From positions 2,406 through 26,405 of the forward strand of contig WHTG01000022.1 in the NCBI GenBank assembly GCA_009377835.1: a stretch of DNA of 24,000 nt. Direction: 5' to 3'. Origin of the DNA: Nitriliruptorales bacterium. GTDB taxonomy: Bacteria > Actinomycetota > Nitriliruptoria > Euzebyales > Egibacteraceae. The position numbers were made by a program, and so were the translations under genes. Shown piece by piece: positions 6,408 through 14,204 of the stretch (position 1 is its first letter; each line of letters starts with the position of its first letter). The notes under the pieces are model-generated. The model did not search any database, was not told where the DNA came from, and was given only the letters and a program-made list of their open reading frames with translations.

Positions 6408-7367
6408 TCAGTAGCCCAGCTGCGGGTCCACGTAACCGAGCAGGTCCTCGCCGGCGCCGTAGCGGCGGATGTTCTCGGTGATGCGCTGCGAGAGCAGCGG
6501 TACCGCCATGTCCTCCGTGTTCGCGGTGTGCGGGGTGATCAGGCAGTTCGGAAGCTCCCACAGCGGGTGGCCGCTGGGCAGTGGCTCCGGATCCGTGACG
6601 TCCAGCGCGGCTCCGCCGATGATGTCCTCGCGCAGGGCGAGGACCAGGTCCTCGGTTATGACGTGGGGCCCACGAGCCACGTTGACCACCCACGCGTGCG
6701 GCTCCATCAATTCCAGTTCCACCGACGAGATCAGTCCCTGCGTCTCGGGCGTCAGCGCGCACGCCACAACGACGAGATCCGCGCCGCGCATCGCGTCGAA
6801 GCGCGTCTCGTACTCCAGAACACGCTTCACACCCTCCATCGGTTCCGGCCGACGCCGAACCACCGTGATCTCGCAGTCGAGCGGTCGCAGCAGCTTGATC
6901 AGTTCCGTGGCGATCCCGCCGCCGCCGAAGATTGTCACTCGGCCGCCGACAAGGCTGATGCCCGACTGGTCGGTCCAGTCGCGGACGGTCGCGTACCGTT
7001 TCAGCTCGCGCATCCCCGCCAGCGCCAGCGCCAGCGCGTGCTCGGCGACCGGGCGCGCGTAGACCCCCTTGCCGCACGTCCATACATGCTCGGTGTCGAA
7101 CACACCGGCCTCCGCGTACGGCTCAACACCGGCCCACGGCAGCTGCACCCACTTGATGCCGACGTTGCCGTCGAGCAGCTCGCGGAGCGCAACAGGCCCC
7201 GGCTGGTCCGCCGAGCCGTGCGCGTCGTCAGTCCACACCAGCGCCTCGGCCTGGTCCGGGTCGACGATGTCAGCGCCGGCGGCCAGGACCGCGTCGCGAA
7301 CCCAGTCACGCGTGCCCTTCGGGCCCACCGCGACCTTCAGCGTCCGTGTTCCGGTCACCGCCGTCAT
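6408..7367 (-). CDS. D-isomer-specific 2-hydroxyacid dehydrogenase family protein (NAD-binding)
   Basis: Glycine-rich NAD fold VTIFGGGGIATELIKLL. Catalytic-type motifs VNVARG, ALDVTDPEP and ITPHTA. Its ATG overlaps the serA stop (ATGA at 7364..7367). Confidence 0.85.
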   Translation of the reverse strand: MTAVTGTRTLKVAVGPKGTRDWVRDAVLAAGADIVDPDQAEALVWTDDAHGSADQPGPVALRELLDGNVGIKWVQLPWAGVEPYAEAGVFDTEHVWTCGKGVYARPVAEHALALALAGMRELKRYATVRDWTDQSGISLVGGRVTIFGGGGIATELIKLLRPLDCEITVVRRRPEPMEGVKRVLEYETRFDAMRGADLVVVACALTPETQGLISSVELELMEPHAWVVNVARGPHVITEDLVLALREDIIGGAALDVTDPEPLPSGHPLWELPNCLITPHTANTEDMAVPLLSQRITENIRRYGAGEDLLGYVDPQLGY

Positions 7368-8938
7368 GCCAGATCCAGTGCGCGCGCGTCATTCGCACCG
7401 ATCAGCTCTGCGATCTCCTCGACCACACTGCCGGGGATGGCGGTGTCGACAGCCATCGCGATCAGAGCCTCTCCACCCGCCTCGCGACGGGCTACCTGCA
7501 TGGTTGCGATGTTCACCTTTGCCTCCCCCAGCCGCCCGCCGATCAGCCCGACCACGCCCGGCCTGTCCCAATACCGGAAGAACACCATATGGTCGCTGGG
7601 TTCCATGTCGACGTCGAACCCCCACACCTCCACCAGCCGTTCGCGGTTGGAGGGCCCGACCAACGTCCCGGCGACCGCGATGTCACCTGCCTCGATGCGC
7701 ACCAGCGACACATAGTCGTGCGAGGCCGAGGACGTGCGGGTCATCACGTTCAGTCCGCGCTCCTCGGCCAACAGCGGCGCGTTGACAAACGTCACCGGCT
7801 CGTGGACCACGTCGACGAGCAGCCCCTTCACGGCAGACAGGGTGACGGCCCGGTCGTCCTCGTCGGCGATCTTGCCGACGTACTCCACGGTGACCTCGGC
7901 AACGGAGGCCTGGCCGGAATGCAGCGCGGTGAGCAGGCGTCCCAGCTTCTCGGCAAGCGGCATGAACGGTTTCACCGCCTCGGGTACACCCGCGCCGATC
8001 GCAACGTTGACCGCTGACGGGACGAACTCACCGCTCAGGGCCAGAACCACCGACTCGGCGACCATCGTGCCGGCCTTGTCCTGCGCCTCGGAAGTCGACG
8101 CGCCGAGATGCGGCGTGACCACCACGTTGTCGAGGGTGAACAGCTTCGAGTCGGTCATCGGCTCGACCGTGAAGACGTCCAGTGCGGCGCCCGCGATCCA
8201 GTCCTCCGCCAGCGCGGTGAACAGTGCGTCCTCGTCGACGATGCCCCCACGAGCGGTGTTGACGATGCGCGCCGTCGGCTTCATCGACCGCAGCTCGTCC
8301 AGCCCGACGATGCCGACCGTCTCGGGCGTCTTCGGCAGGTGCACGGTGAGGACGTCCGCGACCGCACACAGCTGGGGCACGCTGGGAACAAGCTCGACAC
8401 CCATCTGCGCGGCTCGCTCGCCCGACACGTACGGGTCGTACGCGACCAACCGCATGCCGAACGCGCTGCAGCGCTGCGCCACGAGGGTCCCGACGCGGCC
8501 GAGACCGAGCACGCCCAGGATCTTGCCGTGCAGTTCCATGCCCTGAAACGCGCTGCGCTTCCACTCACCGTCGCGCAGGCTGCGATCCGCCGGCGGGATG
8601 TTGCGGGCCAGCGAGAGCAGCAGCGCCACCGTGTGTTCGGCCGCACTGATCACGTTGCTCTGCGGCGCGTTGCACACGATGACGCCGCGCTCCGTGGCTG
8701 CCCTCACGTCAACATTGTCAAGTCCGATACCGGCGCGTGCGATCACTTTGAGCTTGGAGCCCGCCGCGATCACGTCCGCGTCGATCGTCGTCGCCGACCG
8801 CACGACCACGCCGTGGTAGTCGGCGATGGCGCTGACGAGCTCGTTCTTGGTCAGGCCCATGCGGACATCGACGTCGAAGTGCTCCGACAGGGCAGCCACG
8901 CCTGCGTCGGACAGCTGGTCGGCGACAAGGACCTTCAT
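7364..8938 (-). CDS. serA: D-3-phosphoglycerate dehydrogenase, long form with C-terminal ASB/ACT regulatory region
   Basis: 524 aa. MKVLVADQLSDAGV..., NAD motif GVLGLGRVGTLVAQR, VNTARGGIVDE, TPHLGAST, and a long C-terminal regulatory extension. GGAGGAA lies 9 nt upstream of the ATG at 8938. Confidence 0.95.
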   Translation of the reverse strand: MKVLVADQLSDAGVAALSEHFDVDVRMGLTKNELVSAIADYHGVVVRSATTIDADVIAAGSKLKVIARAGIGLDNVDVRAATERGVIVCNAPQSNVISAAEHTVALLLSLARNIPPADRSLRDGEWKRSAFQGMELHGKILGVLGLGRVGTLVAQRCSAFGMRLVAYDPYVSGERAAQMGVELVPSVPQLCAVADVLTVHLPKTPETVGIVGLDELRSMKPTARIVNTARGGIVDEDALFTALAEDWIAGAALDVFTVEPMTDSKLFTLDNVVVTPHLGASTSEAQDKAGTMVAESVVLALSGEFVPSAVNVAIGAGVPEAVKPFMPLAEKLGRLLTALHSGQASVAEVTVEYVGKIADEDDRAVTLSAVKGLLVDVVHEPVTFVNAPLLAEERGLNVMTRTSSASHDYVSLVRIEAGDIAVAGTLVGPSNRERLVEVWGFDVDMEPSDHMVFFRYWDRPGVVGLIGGRLGEAKVNIATMQVARREAGGEALIAMAVDTAIPGSVVEEIAELIGANDARALDLA

Positions 8939-9003
8939 TCCCGCGATTCCTCCGGTCGGCGGCCCCTCACTCTATGGTCGCCTGACAGCCACGGCCAATG
9001 CCG

Positions 9004-9885
9004 CTACCGCTGGACCGACTTCAACTGCGCGTAGATTTCGCGGGTCGCCGTCGAGCGGTTCAATGTGTAGAAGTGGATGCCCGGGGCACCCCCCGCGAGC
9101 AGCTCCTCGCACAGCGCCGCGGCCACCTCTACGCCGACGGCTCGCACCGCCTGCGGGTCGTCGGCGACGTCCTGCAGCCGGTCGGCGAGCCACTGCGGGA
9201 ACTCAGCGCCGGACATTGCGGCCATGCGCTGAATCTGCGACACGTTCGTCACCGGCATGACCCCCGGGATGACGGGGACGTCACAGCCGAGATCCGCAAC
9301 TCGGTCGAGCAGCTCGAGGTAGTCTGCCGCCGAGAAGAAGAACTGCGTTATCGCGAAGTCCGCCCCCGCGGCGCACTTCGCCGCCAGGTATTTCGCATCC
9401 GTCTCCCGGTCCGGGGATTCGGGATGCCCCTCCGGAAAGGCCGCAACACCGACGCAGAAATCGCCTTCGCCGTGCAACAACCGGACGAGTTCGTCGGCAT
9501 GCGCCAGGCCACCGCGAGTGGCCTCCCAGGTCGCCTGCGGCCCCCCCGGCATGTCACCTCGCAGGGCAAGAACGTTGCGAATTCCGGCATCCGCGAAGTC
9601 GGCGATGGTCGCCTGCAAGTCTTCGACTGTGGCGGCGACGCACGTCAGGTGGGCCACGACGGTGAGCGAGGTCTCCGCCGCGATCCGCTTGACGACCGAC
9701 AGCGTGCGGTCGCGCGTGCCGCCCCCCGCGCCGTACGTGACGTCTACGAACGTGGGCTGCAGTGGCTCGAGCTCGCGGATCGCCGTCCACAACAGACGCT
9801 CGCCGTCGTCGGTCTTCGGCGGGAAGAACTCGAACGAGAACGAGGGCCCGTCCCGGGCCAGCAGCTCCTTTACCGGATGTTGCAT
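9004..9885 (-). CDS. metF: methylenetetrahydrofolate reductase
   Basis: SFEFFPPKTDDGERLLW..., VTYGAGGGTRDRT, and LRGD...P motifs typical of MetF. 293 aa. Confidence 0.9.
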   Translation of the reverse strand: MQHPVKELLARDGPSFSFEFFPPKTDDGERLLWTAIRELEPLQPTFVDVTYGAGGGTRDRTLSVVKRIAAETSLTVVAHLTCVAATVEDLQATIADFADAGIRNVLALRGDMPGGPQATWEATRGGLAHADELVRLLHGEGDFCVGVAAFPEGHPESPDRETDAKYLAAKCAAGADFAITQFFFSAADYLELLDRVADLGCDVPVIPGVMPVTNVSQIQRMAAMSGAEFPQWLADRLQDVADDPQAVRAVGVEVAAALCEELLAGGAPGIHFYTLNRSTATREIYAQLKSVQR

Positions 9886-9887
9886 GC

Positions 9888-9941
9888 GGAAAGCCTAGTG
9901 GCCAACGGCGGCGTACCCGGCCCCCGGCCACGAGGCTTTCC
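9888..9941 (-). promoter_or_regulatory. extended imperfect hairpin filling the gap between the remnant ORF stop and the metF start
   Basis: GGAAAGCCT-x-GTGGCC ... GGCCAC-x-AGGCTTTCC: 9 + 6 bp arms with one mismatch and a loop of about 22 nt. The 3' arm ends 2 nt before the metF ATG. No U-tract follows. Confidence 0.5.
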
Positions 9942-10232
9942 TCAGACGATGGTGTAGCCGCCGTCGACGAAGATGGTCGCACCGGTCACGTACGCCGCAT
10001 CTTCCGATGCCAGAAACGCCACCGCACCGACCATGTCCTCAGGCTGAGCCATGCGACCAAGCGGGATGGATGCCTCGTTGCGGGCACGGACGTCGGGGCG
10101 GCTGAACAGCGCCTCGCGGACCGGTGTGGTGCTGACTTGCAGCTCGGCGGCGATGTCCGTCTGCATCAGGCGCGCTCCCCCTTGAAGTCGCCACGCAAGC
10201 TCCCCTCTCCCGTCGAGCCTGCGTCGAGCCAA
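9942..10232 (-). pseudogene. chimeric remnant: GntR-type HTH fragment fused to the C-terminal about 45 aa of a short-chain dehydrogenase/reductase
   Basis: The 96-codon ORF begins with TTG. The first part, GARLMQTDIAAELQVSTTPVREAL, matches the GntR recognition-helix pattern (L..LGVSRTPVREAL). The second part, IPLGRMAQPEDMVGAVAFLASEDAAYVTGATIFVDGGYTIV, is a canonical SDR C-terminus. The N-terminal Rossmann fold and the catalytic YxxxK region are absent. Confidence 0.55.
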
Positions 10233-10346
10233 TGCGGGGGCTCCGCCGTGCTCGCCCGCCGACGGCGTCCATCGGCATGAATATATGTCCCGGCATCGGC
10301 GGGTTGTTGAGGCGAGCCCCAGCGCGGCGATGACCCCGAACGACGC

Positions 10347-10871
10347 TCAGGCCGACCGTTCCAGCCGCAGCGCGCGCCCTTCTGTGATGCTCTTGCTGCC
10401 ACGGCCGACGGCGATCATCCCGGAGCGCACCAGTTCGCGGATGCCGTAGGGCGCCAGCAGGCGCACCATCGCGGCGAGCTTCTCGGGTGATCCCGTCGCC
10501 TCGATGGTCAGCGCGTCACTGTCGACGTCGACGACCTTGGACCGGAACACGTCGGCGATCTCGATGATCTCCGAACGTGTCCGCCCGTCAGCGGACACCT
10601 TGACCATCTGCAGCTCGCGCTCGACGGCGATGTCGCGGTCCAGCTCGACGATCTTCAGCACATGGATCAGCTTGTTGAGCTGCTTGGTGACCTGCTCCAG
10701 CGCGGTGTCGGCCGCGTCGACCACGATCGTCATGCGCGACACCTCCTCGACCTCGGTGGGCCCGACCGCGAGCGACTCGATGTTGAACCCCCTGCGGCTG
10801 AACAGGCCGGCCACCCGGGCGAGGACACCCGGCTTGTTCTCCACCAGCACCGAAAGCGTGTGATTCGCCAT
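10347..10871 (-). CDS. ilvN: acetolactate synthase small (regulatory) subunit
   Basis: [40 protein letters not shown]... (ACT domain). The ATG at 10871 overlaps the ilvB stop (TGATG). The track extension to 10970 is rejected. Confidence 0.92.
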   Translation of the reverse strand: MANHTLSVLVENKPGVLARVAGLFSRRGFNIESLAVGPTEVEEVSRMTIVVDAADTALEQVTKQLNKLIHVLKIVELDRDIAVERELQMVKVSADGRTRSEIIEIADVFRSKVVDVDSDALTIEATGSPEKLAAMVRLLAPYGIRELVRSGMIAVGRGSKSITEGRALRLERSA

Positions 10872-12676
10872 CAGACGACGTTCCCTTCGCGCATGTGGTC
10901 GGGCAGCGCAGCCGCCCCACCTGGTTCGCCGGCGCCGCCCGTGGCGCCGGCCGCAGCCTTGGCGTACCACTCCTCGGCCGACTCGATGATCTCGTCGTTG
11001 CTCGCACCTGCGGGCACCATCGGGAACACCTTCTCGGTCGGGTCGACACGGAAGTCGACAATGACCGGGGTGTCACCGACGCCGAGCGCCTTCTCGAGCG
11101 TCGAGTCGACGTCCTCAGGCCGGTCGCAGCGGAAGCCTGGGCACCCGTAGGCGTCGGCGAGCTTGACCAGGTCCGGCACATCGACGCCGAGATCGATCGC
11201 AGACCAGCGGCCGCCGTAGAACAACTCCTGCCACTGCCGCACCATGCCGAGGGATCCGTTGTTCACCACGCAGAACACGACCGGCACGTTCTCGGACTTG
11301 GCGGTCGCGAGTTCCTGCAGCGTCATCTGAAACGACCCGTCGCCGTCGATCGCAACGACCGTCTGGTCGGGCCGCCCTACCTTCGCCCCGATAGCAGCCG
11401 GTACGCAGAACCCCATCGTCCCGAGGCCCCCCGAATTGATCCACGACCTGGGCTTCTCGTAGCCGATGTGCTGCGCCGCCCACATCTGGTGCTGTCCGAC
11501 GCCGGTGACCACGATCCCGTCGCCGGCCAGGCGCTCGCCTATCGCGCGCACGACCGTTTGCGGCTTGAGGGGTCCGTCGGCGGGCTGCTCGGCACGCAGC
11601 GGGTGGGCGTCGCGCCAGCCGCGCAGGGTCTCCCACCAGCCGCTGCGGTCCTGGCCGACCTCGCCCCGGCCGAGCAGATCGTCCAGCGCCGCGACGATCT
11701 GCTCGATCACGACCTTGCAGTCGCCCACGATGGGAACGTCCACGGCACGGTTCTTGCCGATCTCGGCGGGGTCGATGTCCACGTGGATGACCCGTGCGCC
11801 GGGCGCGAAGGTTGCGAGGTTGCCGGTGACGCGGTCGTCGAAACGCGATCCGAGCGCGATCAGCAGGTCGGCCCGCTGCAGCGCAGTGATTGCGGTCCAG
11901 TGGCCGTGCATACCAGGCATCCCCAGGTGATTGGCGTGACTGTCGGGGAAGGCGCCGCGGGCCATGAGCGTGGTGACCACCGGCAGGTCCACCAACTCGG
12001 CCAACCGGCGCAACGCCTCGGCGGCGCCTGCCCGGATGATCCCCCCACCGGCGTAGACCACGGGGCGGCGCGCGGCGAGGATCTCGCGGGCCGCCTCCCG
12101 GACCATCTTCCCGTGGCCGCGGATGGTGGGCTTGTACCCCGGCAGCTTCAACCGGTCCGGATACTCGAACGAGAACCGGGCGTTGAGCACGTCCTTGGGA
12201 ATGTCGATGAGCACGGGGCCGGGCCGCCCCGTCGACGCGATGTGGAAGGCCTCCTTGATCGCGGCGCCGATCCTCTCGGGGTCGATAACCATCTCGTTGT
12301 GCTTGGTGACCGGCAGGGTGATGCCGGTGATGTCCGCCTCCTGGAAGGCGTCACCGCCGACCGCGACGGTGGGTACCTGGCCCGTGATCGCAACGATTGG
12401 CACGGAGTCCATGTGCGCGTCGGCGAGTGCCGTCACGAGGTTCGTGCCGCCGGGGCCGGAGGTCGCGATCGCCACGCCGACGCGACCCGTGGCGTGGGCG
12501 TATCCCTCGGCCATGTGACCCGCACCCTGCTCGTGGCGGGCGAGAATGTGTCGAATCGGGCTGGCCAGCATCGGGTCGTACGCCGGCAGGATCGCTCCGC
12601 CGGGGTGGCCGAAGACGACGTCGACACCTTCGTTTTCGAGGGACTTGATGACGGCCTGTGCGCCGGTCATTTCCAT
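10871..12676 (-). CDS. ilvB: acetolactate synthase large (catalytic) subunit
   Basis: [34 protein letters not shown]... TPP motif [17 protein letters not shown]...IDGDGSFQM...[18 protein letters not shown] lies 9 nt upstream of the ATG at 12676. Confidence 0.95.
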   Translation of the reverse strand: MEMTGAQAVIKSLENEGVDVVFGHPGGAILPAYDPMLASPIRHILARHEQGAGHMAEGYAHATGRVGVAIATSGPGGTNLVTALADAHMDSVPIVAITGQVPTVAVGGDAFQEADITGITLPVTKHNEMVIDPERIGAAIKEAFHIASTGRPGPVLIDIPKDVLNARFSFEYPDRLKLPGYKPTIRGHGKMVREAAREILAARRPVVYAGGGIIRAGAAEALRRLAELVDLPVVTTLMARGAFPDSHANHLGMPGMHGHWTAITALQRADLLIALGSRFDDRVTGNLATFAPGARVIHVDIDPAEIGKNRAVDVPIVGDCKVVIEQIVAALDDLLGRGEVGQDRSGWWETLRGWRDAHPLRAEQPADGPLKPQTVVRAIGERLAGDGIVVTGVGQHQMWAAQHIGYEKPRSWINSGGLGTMGFCVPAAIGAKVGRPDQTVVAIDGDGSFQMTLQELATAKSENVPVVFCVVNNGSLGMVRQWQELFYGGRWSAIDLGVDVPDLVKLADAYGCPGFRCDRPEDVDSTLEKALGVGDTPVIVDFRVDPTEKVFPMVPAGASNDEIIESAEEWYAKAAAGATGGAGEPGGAAALPDHMREGNVV

Positions 12677-12691
12677 TACCGCTGCCTTCCT

Positions 12692-12730
12692 GAAACGAAA
12701 AGACCTCCCGCCGGGTCCGGCCGAGAGGTC
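12692..12730 (-). terminator. intrinsic terminator/attenuator in the ilvB leader
   Basis: Reverse strand reads GACCUCUCG-[loop]-CGGGAGGUC, a stem of about 9 bp including one G-U pair. It is followed immediately by UUUUCGUUUC and ends about 15 nt before the ilvB start codon. Confidence 0.55.
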
Positions 12731-12731
12731 A

Positions 12732-12770
12732 GCGCCTGCTGTGGGCCGCCGGGGCGGTCAGAGCAGGCGC
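12732..12770 (-). promoter_or_regulatory. upstream leader hairpin overlapping the end of the candidate leader peptide
   Basis: Perfect 9-bp inverted repeat GCGCCTGCT ... AGCAGGCGC on the reverse strand, with a 21-nt loop. The 5' arm contains the last codons (CGC CTG CTC TGA) of the leader ORF. The 3' arm ends 1 nt before the terminator stem. Confidence 0.5.
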
Positions 12771-12826
12771 GAAGGTACGCCGATGCCGCGCAGGACGCGA
12801 CCAGTGGCAATCCGGTTCTGCGCCAC
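12758..12826 (-). CDS. candidate ilvB leader peptide (22 aa: MAQNRIATGRVLRGIGVPSRLL, GTG start)
   Basis: GAGGAGGTG Shine-Dalgarno-like motif 4-5 nt upstream of the GTG. The short ORF carries scattered Ile/Val/Leu codons and ends LL. It terminates inside the 5' arm of the leader hairpin. The branched-chain codon run is weak compared with classical leaders. Confidence 0.4.
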   Translation of the reverse strand: MAQNRIATGRVLRGIGVPSRLL

Positions 12827-12856
12827 GTGACACCTCCTCGACCTCGGCGAGCGGCC

Positions 12857-12886
12857 AGTGTGCGGGGGCCGCAGCGGCCCTGTCAA
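12857..12886 (-). promoter_or_regulatory. candidate sigma-70-type promoter for the ilvB leader
   Basis: Reverse strand has TTGACA (12881..12886), an 18-nt spacer, then CACACT (12857..12862, with A2 and T6 conserved). It lies about 30 nt upstream of the leader GTG. Sequence match only. Confidence 0.3.
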
Positions 12887-12990
12887 CCGCCGGCAAGCGC
12901 CCGTCCTGTCCGCGTGGCCACAAATTTTTCGCATGGAGTGGATTGAGCGCCGCTGTGACGAGGCAGAATGGAACCACTTCGAGGCACCAT

Positions 12991-13022
12991 GCGGGGGGTG
13001 GGTTCCCGCCCCCTCCCCCCGC
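12991..13022. other. G-run/C-run hairpin in the fni-ilvB intergenic region
   Basis: GCGGGGGG-T-GGG-[ttcccgcc]-CCC-T-CCCCCCGC: 8 + 3 bp of G-C pairs. On the + strand it is followed by a small AGAC-GGT-GTCT hairpin and CTTTTGTTG. Confidence 0.5.
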
Positions 13023-13086
13023 AGACGGTGTCTCTTTTGTTGCGCCTGAGGTCGGGAGGGAGGTCGGGGGCCGCCCCATGCTGGGC

Positions 13087-14109
13087 TTACTGGAGGAGGG
13101 CGGAGGTCAGGTCGGCCGGGGTGGCGGCACCGGCGGCCCAGGCGGCGATGCGCAACTGCCTGCAGACCGCGCCCACCGCCGCGGTCGCAGCGTCGGTCCC
13201 CTCGGCCGCGGCGGCCAGGAAACCGCGGGCGATGCCGGCGATGTCGGCCCCCAGGCACAGCACCTTCAGCGCGTCGACACCGTGACGCAGCCCCCCCGAT
13301 CCGATCAGGACGAGGTCGGCGGCGGCCAGGCCGTCCAGCGCTTCTCGGGCGGCGGCGACCGCATCCGCGGTCGGCAGTCCCCAGTCCCGGAAGGCCGCGG
13401 CGACGCCGCCGGCGGCGGGGTCACGCAACCCCTCGACCGCCGCCCAGTTCGTCCCGCCGGCACCGGCGACGTCGACGCCCGCGACCCCCGCTGAAGCCAG
13501 CGCGGCGACGTCGTCGGGCGACAGTCCGAAGCCGACCTCCTTCACGATCACCGGCACGTCCAGCCGCTCGCACACCCCGGCGATGCGCTCGAGGAGTCCC
13601 GCGTAGGCGGTGTCACCCCCCGGCTGGACCGCCTCCTGCACGGCGTTGAGGTGGAGGACCAGGCCGTCCGCCTGACACAGCTCGACCAGCCGCCGGCAGT
13701 CCTCGGCCCGGTACTGGTGCAACTGGACGGCCCCGAGGTTGGCGAGCACCAGCGCGTCGGGCGCCAGATCGCGGACCGCGAATCCAGCAGCCGACGAGTC
13801 CTCCAGGAGCACCCGTCCCGATCCCAGGCCGAGCCCAACCCGGTGCTGCTGCGCGGCAACGGCCAGTGCGGCGTTCACCGCGCCCGCCTGTGATGTCCCG
13901 CCGGTCATGCACGAGATCAGCAGGGGCGCGGCCAGCCGGCGGCCCCACCGCTGGACCGACAAGTCGACGTCCTCGAGGTCGCGCTCCGGCAGGGCCCGCG
14001 GCATCACACGGACGTCGTCGAGTCCCGTCGTCAGGGTCGCGAAGCCGACATCGCCCTCCAGCGTCAGACGCAGATGCTGGGCTTTCCGGCTGGAGAGTTC
14101 GCCGCTCAT
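13087..14109 (-). CDS. fni: type 2 (FMN-dependent) isopentenyl-diphosphate delta-isomerase
   Basis: SSRKAQHLRL near the N-terminus, LLISCMTGGT, VIVKEVGFGLS, VDVAGAGGTNWAAVE, and IGSGGLRHGVDALKVL. The start is placed at ATG 14109 (MSGELSSRK...). The track start at 14160 is a GTG without a Shine-Dalgarno motif. Confidence 0.85.
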   Translation of the reverse strand: MSGELSSRKAQHLRLTLEGDVGFATLTTGLDDVRVMPRALPERDLEDVDLSVQRWGRRLAAPLLISCMTGGTSQAGAVNAALAVAAQQHRVGLGLGSGRVLLEDSSAAGFAVRDLAPDALVLANLGAVQLHQYRAEDCRRLVELCQADGLVLHLNAVQEAVQPGGDTAYAGLLERIAGVCERLDVPVIVKEVGFGLSPDDVAALASAGVAGVDVAGAGGTNWAAVEGLRDPAAGGVAAAFRDWGLPTADAVAAAREALDGLAAADLVLIGSGGLRHGVDALKVLCLGADIAGIARGFLAAAAEGTDAATAAVGAVCRQLRIAAWAAGAATPADLTSALLQ

Positions 14110-14204
14110 GCCGACGATGCTCGCACGCCCGTCCGGCCGATGGGCGGGAAGCTCCGCCACCCGATAGCGTGGTGGCGGACACTGAAGTCGCTGGAGGCCC
14201 CTGC

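Noticed and set aside
5886-7715. 609-aa plus-strand ORF spanning three minus-strand genes
   Set aside because: It crosses two gene boundaries and an intergenic region on the opposite strand, and its composition is low-complexity. It is a high-GC artefact.
10895-12946. 683-aa plus-strand ORF antisense to ilvB
   Set aside because: Same reasoning: ilvB on the minus strand is unambiguous, and the antisense translation has no family features.
12858-13049. Cys-rich 63-aa plus-strand ORF (…MEWIERRCDEAEWNHFEAPCGGWVPAPSPRRRCLFCCA) as a possible RiPP precursor
   Set aside because: Its third-position G/C content is clearly lower than in real genes here. No Shine-Dalgarno motif is present. The very stable G/C hairpin lies inside it. 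No modifying-enzyme genes are nearby. It sits in the ilvB promoter/leader region.
12991-13069. G-quadruplex formation by the G-runs (GGGGGG-T-GGG; GGG-A-GGG-AGGTC-GGGGG)
   Set aside because: Neither cluster provides four cleanly separated G3 runs within a short span. Duplex hairpin formation with the adjacent C-runs explains the first cluster better.
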